A stretch of 62,077 nt of DNA from a virus (taxonomy: Duplodnaviria > Caudoviricetes), in IMG/VR virus record IMGVR_UViG_3300029319_000038, positions 1 to 62,077 of that record; one strand, written 5' to 3'. Numbering within the stretch: position 1 is the first letter of the stretch; each line of letters starts with the position of its first letter. Made by a program: the position numbers and the translations under genes. Positions 57,244 through 62,077 of the stretch are shown piece by piece. The notes below the pieces were generated by a model that saw only the letters and a program-made list of their open reading frames with translations, was not told the DNA's origin and did not search any database.

Positions 57244-57385
57244 TGAGGTTGAGCATCTAGAGAAGCCTGAATGGGGCACTGGCAAAGTGATTCGTTTTTA
57301 CGCTTATCAAAGCACTGTGCTTGTTGATTTCAGCAAGCGGGATAATCTAACCTACTGTGATTACACATGTTTGGAGAAAAAATGA
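57230..57385 (+). CDS. SH3-like mini-gene array member 3 (MKTGDEV, 51 aa, not in ORF track)
   Basis: MKTGDEVEHLEKPEWGTGKVI...VLVDF; fills the gap between members 2 and 4. Confidence 0.7.
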   Translation: MKTGDEVEHLEKPEWGTGKVIRFYAYQSTVLVDFSKRDNLTYCDYTCLEKK

Positions 57386-57555
57386 GCCCTGGAGATTTAG
57401 TAAAAAATACTCATGCACTGAGTCGCTTTCTCAACCAGCTTGGGATTATTATCGAAACTGAGGACACTAGTTATGGGACGTGCAACATGCGCGTCATGTA
57501 TCCTGATGGCACCACATTGTGGGACTCGCCTCGCTGGCTGGAGAAAGTTGAGTGA
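57382..57555 (+). CDS. SH3-like mini-gene array member 4 (MSPGDLV)
   Basis: GGAG RBS, ATGA overlap. Confidence 0.7.
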   Translation: MSPGDLVKNTHALSRFLNQLGIIIETEDTSYGTCNMRVMYPDGTTLWDSPRWLEKVE

Positions 57556-57734
57556 AGATTGGCGATCTGGTAAAAACAACTGGTGAAAGCCTTAACATGG
57601 TTGGTATTATTGTTAAAATCGACCGCAGTTATTGGTCAGACCGTTGGCGGTATTGGGTTGAGATATCTGACCGAGTATCCGGTCCTTATCCATTCCTAGA
57701 CACTCAAATTGAGGTTATCAATGAAAGTAGGTGA
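57552..57734 (+). CDS. SH3-like mini-gene array member 5 (MKIGDLV...IEVINESR)
   Basis: GTGA overlap. Confidence 0.7.
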   Translation: MKIGDLVKTTGESLNMVGIIVKIDRSYWSDRWRYWVEISDRVSGPYPFLDTQIEVINESR

Positions 57735-57903
57735 TTTAGTTGCGCGCCGTATTAATTATGGCATAGATAAGGGCTCTGGCTTGATTATAGCAGCCAGGGA
57801 AGATATATCTGCCCGATACTACAAAATACATTGGTCTTTAGACCAAGAATTCACGCAATGGTACGAATCATGCGAATTGAGGTTGTTAAGTGAAAGTAGG
57901 TGA
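57721..57903 (+). CDS. SH3-like mini-gene array member 6 (MKVGDLV...LLSESR)
   Basis: 14-nt overlap ATGAAAGTAGGTGA. Confidence 0.7.
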   Translation: MKVGDLVARRINYGIDKGSGLIIAAREDISARYYKIHWSLDQEFTQWYESCELRLLSESR

Positions 57904-58081
57904 TATTGTTATGCAAACTGAGCTGCCTGACTACCTTGGACTGATTACAGGCATGTCAGAGGTCACAGGTCGCGAAGGCTGGACAGTTAATTTTATGCAC
58001 GTTAGGTGGATTAATAAACTGTATGAAGTTGAGAAGATACCAGAATGGAGGCTTGAAGTTGTTAGCCCTGCTTTACTTTAA
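57890..58081 (+). CDS. SH3-like mini-gene array member 7 (MKVGDIV...LEVVS)
   Basis: 14-nt overlap GTGAAAGTAGGTGA. Confidence 0.7.
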   Translation: MKVGDIVMQTELPDYLGLITGMSEVTGREGWTVNFMHVRWINKLYEVEKIPEWRLEVVSPALL

Positions 58082-58177
58082 TTTCTGTGCGGCTATGTTG
58101 TACTGGCAGCGAGTCAGAAGTTTTTTACTCGTACACACGCAAAAGTTTTTTACTGATGCACGACGCGCATCTATATA
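58072..58177 (+). promoter_or_regulatory. Tandem sigma70-like promoters with AAGTTTTTTACT direct repeat
   Basis: TTTACT-N16-TATGTT (58072-99) and TTTACT-N17-TATATA (58149-77); 12-mer at 58118 and 58143. Confidence 0.55.
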
Positions 58178-58192
58178 TAAAAAGGGGATTTA

Positions 58193-58405
58193 ATGAACGA
58201 GACACGTCGTAAAATTACTGAACTTGCCCATGCCTTGTATTACCTAGCTGATGAGCTTGTTTCAGAACCAACAAAACAGAACGCTGACAAGATTACTGAT
58301 AAGGTTGAGAAAGCTCTTGACACTTACGCAGAGCCAACAAAGCAGGCGTCATTCTCATTTGACGATGATTTTTCTTATGATAAAGAAAGGTTCATGGCTA
58401 AGTGA
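58193..58405 (+). CDS. Hypothetical protein
   Basis: AAGGGG RBS, 70 aa. Confidence 0.65.
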   Translation: MNETRRKITELAHALYYLADELVSEPTKQNADKITDKVEKALDTYAEPTKQASFSFDDDFSYDKERFMAK

Positions 58406-58683
58406 ATCTGCGCGATGCCAAAAGGTTGCAGCCTGGAGCCATTGTTCGACGAGCGTGGAATCCAGATGGTAAAGCTCAAGGCATTGTGTTAGCTAAAGTT
58501 CACGTCAAAGAAGAGCATGTAGCACTTTTATTAGGCGGCAAGAAGAAAGAGCGCTGGGACGTAACAGTCCACTGGCTGCATGACCCTCCAGGGGTTTGGG
58601 ACACAAAATCTCTTTATTTCCGAAAGGATGTGCATGTGCAAACACACCAGAATTGGGAGATAATGGTGGTACAGCATGTCTGA
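58402..58683 (+). CDS. Hypothetical protein (SH3-like QPGAIV...GIVL...VHW)
   Basis: GTGA overlap. Confidence 0.6.
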   Translation: MNLRDAKRLQPGAIVRRAWNPDGKAQGIVLAKVHVKEEHVALLLGGKKKERWDVTVHWLHDPPGVWDTKSLYFRKDVHVQTHQNWEIMVVQHV

Positions 58684-58712
58684 GTGGTTTTTTATTATTT
58701 CGAGGGAAAAAA

Positions 58713-58805
58713 ATGAACAAAAACGAGAAGTTAGCCTTGATAATAGAGACCACAATATTTTTTATTTCAATGGTAGCTTTCCTTCTGATAGCTTCGTTCC
58801 TATAA
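58713..58805 (+). CDS. 30-aa single-pass membrane peptide
   Basis: GAGGG RBS; hydrophobic body. Confidence 0.45.
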   Translation: MNKNEKLALIIETTIFFISMVAFLLIASFL

Positions 58806-58835
58806 TTAATGCGAACCCAGGTAACGGAGGACACC

Positions 58836-59486
58836 ATGGGACGGTACCAAACTCAGAGCCGCAAGTCAAACCCTGAGCTTATTGAGAACATCGAGCGTGT
58901 TGCAGCGCGCGGCGTTAAGACTTTGACTGATTGGGAGCGCGGGTTCCTTGAGTCGCTCCTTGATGCTGCAAAAAAATGGGGACGCTTGACTGAGAGGCAG
59001 CAAGATGTTTTCAAGCGCATCGAGAAGAACAGCGACCCTGCTGCCATAACTGCCCGTAATAATTGGATTAGTAGCTACGATGATGCCAAGCGCAAAAAGG
59101 CAATCTTTGCTGCTGAGTATTACAAAGCCAACCCGCCCTACTACGGCGACGCCGCAGATAGAATCCTTAATGATTCCGAGTACATACTGCCAGAGAAGCT
59201 CTACCGCAAGATGGTTGAAAACAAGTATGTCACCCGCGCCTTCGAGAATGTTGAAGCACCAGCCCTCTACCCTGCTGGTTCGCTTGCAACTGTGCGAAAT
59301 AATAGCACAACTGCACAGTTTCGCCGCTTGTACCCTCTCCGAGATAAAAATGTTCTGGTTATTTCAATCGATGAACATACGCTGAACTCCACTAAGGGCT
59401 CGAAAAAATACACTGTTTTACCAGTAGGTGCAACAGAGACTATCAAAGTTGAAGAGCGCTTCCTAAAAAAATGTAAGAAAAGTTGA
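58836..59486 (+). CDS. Hypothetical protein (LTDWERGFLESL...LTERQ; C-terminal SH3-like)
   Basis: GGAGG RBS before ATG 58836. Confidence 0.75.
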   Translation: MGRYQTQSRKSNPELIENIERVAARGVKTLTDWERGFLESLLDAAKKWGRLTERQQDVFKRIEKNSDPAAITARNNWISSYDDAKRKKAIFAAEYYKANPPYYGDAADRILNDSEYILPEKLYRKMVENKYVTRAFENVEAPALYPAGSLATVRNNSTTAQFRRLYPLRDKNVLVISIDEHTLNSTKGSKKYTVLPVGATETIKVEERFLKKCKKS

Positions 59487-59494
59487 CTCAGTTG

Positions 59495-59522
59495 TTTACT
59501 AACATGCATCCGTTCTTATATT
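59495..59522 (+). promoter_or_regulatory. Sigma70-like promoter TTTACT-N16-TATATT
   Basis: Recurrent class; near-duplicate of 60740. Confidence 0.7.
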
Positions 59523-59555
59523 TACTACGTAACCAAATGACCTACGAGGTTTATC

Positions 59556-60608
59556 ATGGCAGTTGATTTTCAAACATTCGTTTCCATCGCTCCCCACGTC
59601 TTGCGAGTTCGCAAGCCACTGATGCTTCGTGGTCGCCACGGCATTGGCAAGTCTGAGCTTGTCTATCAGATTGCTGAGGACATGGGGCTACCTGTCGTCG
59701 AGCGACGGGCTTCTCAAATGACTGAAGGCGACCTAGTGGGTCTGCCCAACACGGATGGCGCGGTCACTTCTTTCTGCGCTCCTGACTGGCTGGCGGATGC
59801 CTGCTCACGTCCAGTGCTGCTCTTCCTCGATGAGGTCGACCGCGCCATCCCAGAGGTTCGCCAAGGCATCTTCGAGTTGACTGACTCGCGCAAGATCTTT
59901 GGCAACTACCTTCACTCAGACACTGTTGTGGTCGCTGCTGTTAACGGTGGTGAGCATGGCTCGCAATACCAAGTCGGCGAGATGGATCCAGCAGAGCTTG
60001 ACCGCTGGACTGTCTTCGATGTCGAGCCGTCCGCTGAGGACTGGCTGACCTGGGCTAAGACCAACGTCGTCGATGTTGTCTGGGATTTTATTAATCAAAA
60101 TCGCTCGCACCTTGAGCATGGGCAAGACTTTGAGCCCAACAAAGTTTACCCTTCCCGTCGTTCTTGGAAGCGCCTTAATGATTGCTTGGTCTCAGCTTGC
60201 ATGGTTGAAGAGCACAACCCTGCTGTCTACCACTTGTCCTGTGGGTTCGTTGGCTTCGAGGCTGCTGTTGCTTTCAACGACTTCTTCAAGAATTACGAGC
60301 GACAGGTCACTGTTGAGATGATCCTCGACGAGGGTAAGATTGAAAAGACTAATGATTTCAGCTTGAACGACCACTGTGCTCTCATCGAGAAGATGGACGC
60401 AAGCGAAGTATTCAGCGCTGAGTTGACCGAGGCACAATGTGTCAACCTGGCAAACTACTTCGTCTCTCTGCCCTCCGAGGCAGTGATGAAGCTATGGCAA
60501 GCGCTCGGACGGGGGGACACCTCCAACGTGACAGCTTTCCACAAAACCAAGGCAGACAACGGTGAGACTGTCTCTGGTAAATTGGTTAAGATTCTCACCG
60601 GTAAATAA
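59556..60608 (+). CDS. MoxR-like AAA+ ATPase
   Basis: GRHGIGKS Walker A, DLVGLP, LFLDEVDRA Walker B, AAVN, MDPAELDRW, PSRRSW. Confidence 0.85.
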   Translation: MAVDFQTFVSIAPHVLRVRKPLMLRGRHGIGKSELVYQIAEDMGLPVVERRASQMTEGDLVGLPNTDGAVTSFCAPDWLADACSRPVLLFLDEVDRAIPEVRQGIFELTDSRKIFGNYLHSDTVVVAAVNGGEHGSQYQVGEMDPAELDRWTVFDVEPSAEDWLTWAKTNVVDVVWDFINQNRSHLEHGQDFEPNKVYPSRRSWKRLNDCLVSACMVEEHNPAVYHLSCGFVGFEAAVAFNDFFKNYERQVTVEMILDEGKIEKTNDFSLNDHCALIEKMDASEVFSAELTEAQCVNLANYFVSLPSEAVMKLWQALGRGDTSNVTAFHKTKADNGETVSGKLVKILTGK

Positions 60609-60624
60609 TGATATTATGAGGTTC

Positions 60625-60738
60625 AACTAGCGTTGTAAGAATATTCAACATGATGCGTTTTTGCCTGCTTTATCGCGATAAACCAAAACAGGATAGGTTG
60701 ACCACCACCGAGAAAAGTGATCCCTCGCTAGTTTTTTT
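60625..60738 (+). ncRNA. Candidate structured intergenic RNA
   Basis: AACTAGCG...CGCTAGTT closing stem plus T run, enclosing the palindrome TTTATCGCGATAAA. Confidence 0.35.
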
Positions 60739-60739
60739 A

Positions 60740-60767
60740 TTTACTACACAATAGCTGTTCCTATATT
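60740..60767 (+). promoter_or_regulatory. Sigma70-like promoter TTTACT-N16-TATATT
   Basis: Recurrent class; near-duplicate of 59495. Confidence 0.7.
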
Positions 60768-60797
60768 TAGTACGTACCCAGATGAATGGAGGACGAC

Positions 60798-62077
60798 ATG
60801 TCCGATTTCAATCTTAACGATCATGTGTTTCGGCTCCTTCAAAACGAGCCTTTCTTTGCTGCACTCTCACGTCGCATCGACAAGCGCCCTGGCAACGTGC
60901 CAACCGCTGGTGTCACTGTGACTGAGGATGGACACTTTGAGATGGTCTACAACGCAGAGTTTTTCGAGAGTCTGACAGACAATCAGCGCACAGGCGTTCT
61001 CATTCATGAGTTTTACCACCTCATCTTTGAGCATGTCACAGGTCGACTGCCAGATGAGCTTCAAGGTCTCATGGGCAAGCGCCTTGCTGTTCCACCAGAA
61101 AAAGCTCAACTGTTTAAGCTTTGGAACATCGCAGCAGATCTCTCCATTAACTTTCACATTGGCGCAAAAAATCTGCCAGAAGGCTGCTGCATCCCAGGTG
61201 GCAAACACTTTGAAGATCTGCCAGGGGACATGACCACTGAGTGGTATTTTGAGCAGATTAAGCAGAAAATGGAGGAACAAAAAAATGATAGCGGCTCTGA
61301 CGATGACGGAGAGTCTGGTGGCGATAGCGGTGGGTCTGATTCCGACTCTAATTCAGGTGGCTTTGATCCCAATAATTGTGGGCAGTTTGACGACCACGGA
61401 CAGTGGGGACAAGGTGGAGAAGTAGACCCAGCAGAGCAGGCTGCAATGGACATTGCAAAAGAGCGTCTCAAGGATGCACTCAAAGACGCAGCACAAGAGG
61501 CTGCTGACCGTTCTTGGGGCTCTGTGTCGCAATCTTGCCGCAAGGAAATTCTGGACAGGCTAGCATCTAAGGTCGACTGGCGCAAGGTGCTTCGCTACTT
61601 TGTCAAGACTTCTCAGCGCGCAGACAAGCGCAGCACCCCCAAGCGCCTGAACCGTCGTTACGCTTATGTTCACCCAGGGCGTAAAGTTAAGCGCACCGCC
61701 AACATCGCGGTCAGCATTGACCAGTCAGGCTCTGTGTCTGACTCTATGCTCGCGGCGTTCTACGCTGAGTTGAACAAACTTGCAGACATCGCGACTTTCA
61801 CGGTTGTCCCATTCGACACTGAGGTTGCTAAGGATGAGGTTTTTGTTTGGAAGAAAGGTCAAAGTCACCCACAAAAGCGCTACATGCACGGTGGGACTTG
61901 CTTTGACGCCCCCACCCGATATGTCAACACTGGCAAGTTCGATGGTCATATTGTCCTCACTGATATGATGGCTCCAAAGCCTAAGCCAAGCAAGTGTCAG
62001 CGCATGTGGATGACCACAACCGAGATGGCGAAGCGCCCTTACTTCAAAACAACAGAGCGCATCATTGCAATCGATGA
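60798..62077 (+). CDS. DUF2201-like HEXXH metallopeptidase + VWA domain protein (runs off the 3' end; not in ORF track)
   Basis: GGAGG RBS; EPFFA, PTAGV, HEFYH, WNIAADLSIN, acidic Gly/Ser linker, VDWRK.LR, MIDAS DQSGS, GGTCF, LTD. Confidence 0.85.
   Translation, partial: MSDFNLNDHVFRLLQNEPFFAALSRRIDKRPGNVPTAGVTVTEDGHFEMVYNAEFFESLTDNQRTGVLIHEFYHLIFEHVTGRLPDELQGLMGKRLAVPPEKAQLFKLWNIAADLSINFHIGAKNLPEGCCIPGGKHFEDLPGDMTTEWYFEQIKQKMEEQKNDSGSDDDGESGGDSGGSDSDSNSGGFDPNNCGQFDDHGQWGQGGEVDPAEQAAMDIAKERLKDALKDAAQEAADRSWGSVSQSCRKEILDRLASKVDWRKVLRYFVKTSQRADKRSTPKRLNRRYAYVHPGRKVKRTANIAVSIDQSGSVSDSMLAAFYAELNKLADIATFTVVPFDTEVAKDEVFVWKKGQSHPQKRYMHGGTCFDAPTRYVNTGKFDGHIVLTDMMAPKPKPSKCQRMWMTTTEMAKRPYFKTTERIIAID

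Noticed and set aside
56876-58081. Diversity-generating retroelement target array
   Set aside because: No reverse transcriptase in the window and no template/variable repeat pair differing only at adenines

Overview
62 kb of a large uncultivated myovirus (Caudoviricetes) genome. All credible genes are on the + strand and use the standard genetic code. 1-18 kb is a T4-like virion module: gp23-type major capsid protein (5'-truncated), neck and tail-terminator proteins, sheath, tube, a tail-assembly-chaperone pair with a slippery overlap, tape measure and baseplate. 18-46 kb covers replication, metabolism and proteostasis: a minimal family-A polymerase, a tubulin/FtsZ-like protein, gp32-like SSB, a Dam-like methylase with an adjacent PD-(D/E)XK nuclease, RecA, a 5'-3' exonuclease, DnaB-like helicase, class II RNR, GroES, an SLT muramidase, CysK, a DnaE replicase, dUTPase, GuaB, ClpP, GroEL, Hsp20 and peptide deformylase. 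47-50 kb holds six tRNAs interleaved with lipoprotein, HNH and UvsE genes. 50-62 kb is an accessory/early region with PurA, a CCHC zinc-knuckle protein, a tandem array of small 'MKxGDLV' SH3-like genes and a MoxR-like AAA + HEXXH/VWA pair (3'-truncated). Two promoter classes are readable: sigma70-like TT(T/G)AC(T/C)-N16-TAnnnT with a conserved GT, and late-type nCTA(T/A)TTA. The top leads are: (1) a 3-copy covarying intergenic RNA motif (ACCGCAGG-hairpin) punctuating an accessory island between SSB and RecA; (2) scattered late-promoter genes sharing an N-terminal, protease-site-like leader, i.e. candidate capsid-packaged cargo including ART-like and nuclease-like proteins; (3) the SH3-like mini-gene cassette array with dual-coding junctions; (4) a ROSE-like thermometer and an RBS-sequestering hairpin. 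All protein calls come from motif recognition by eye; no database searches were run.
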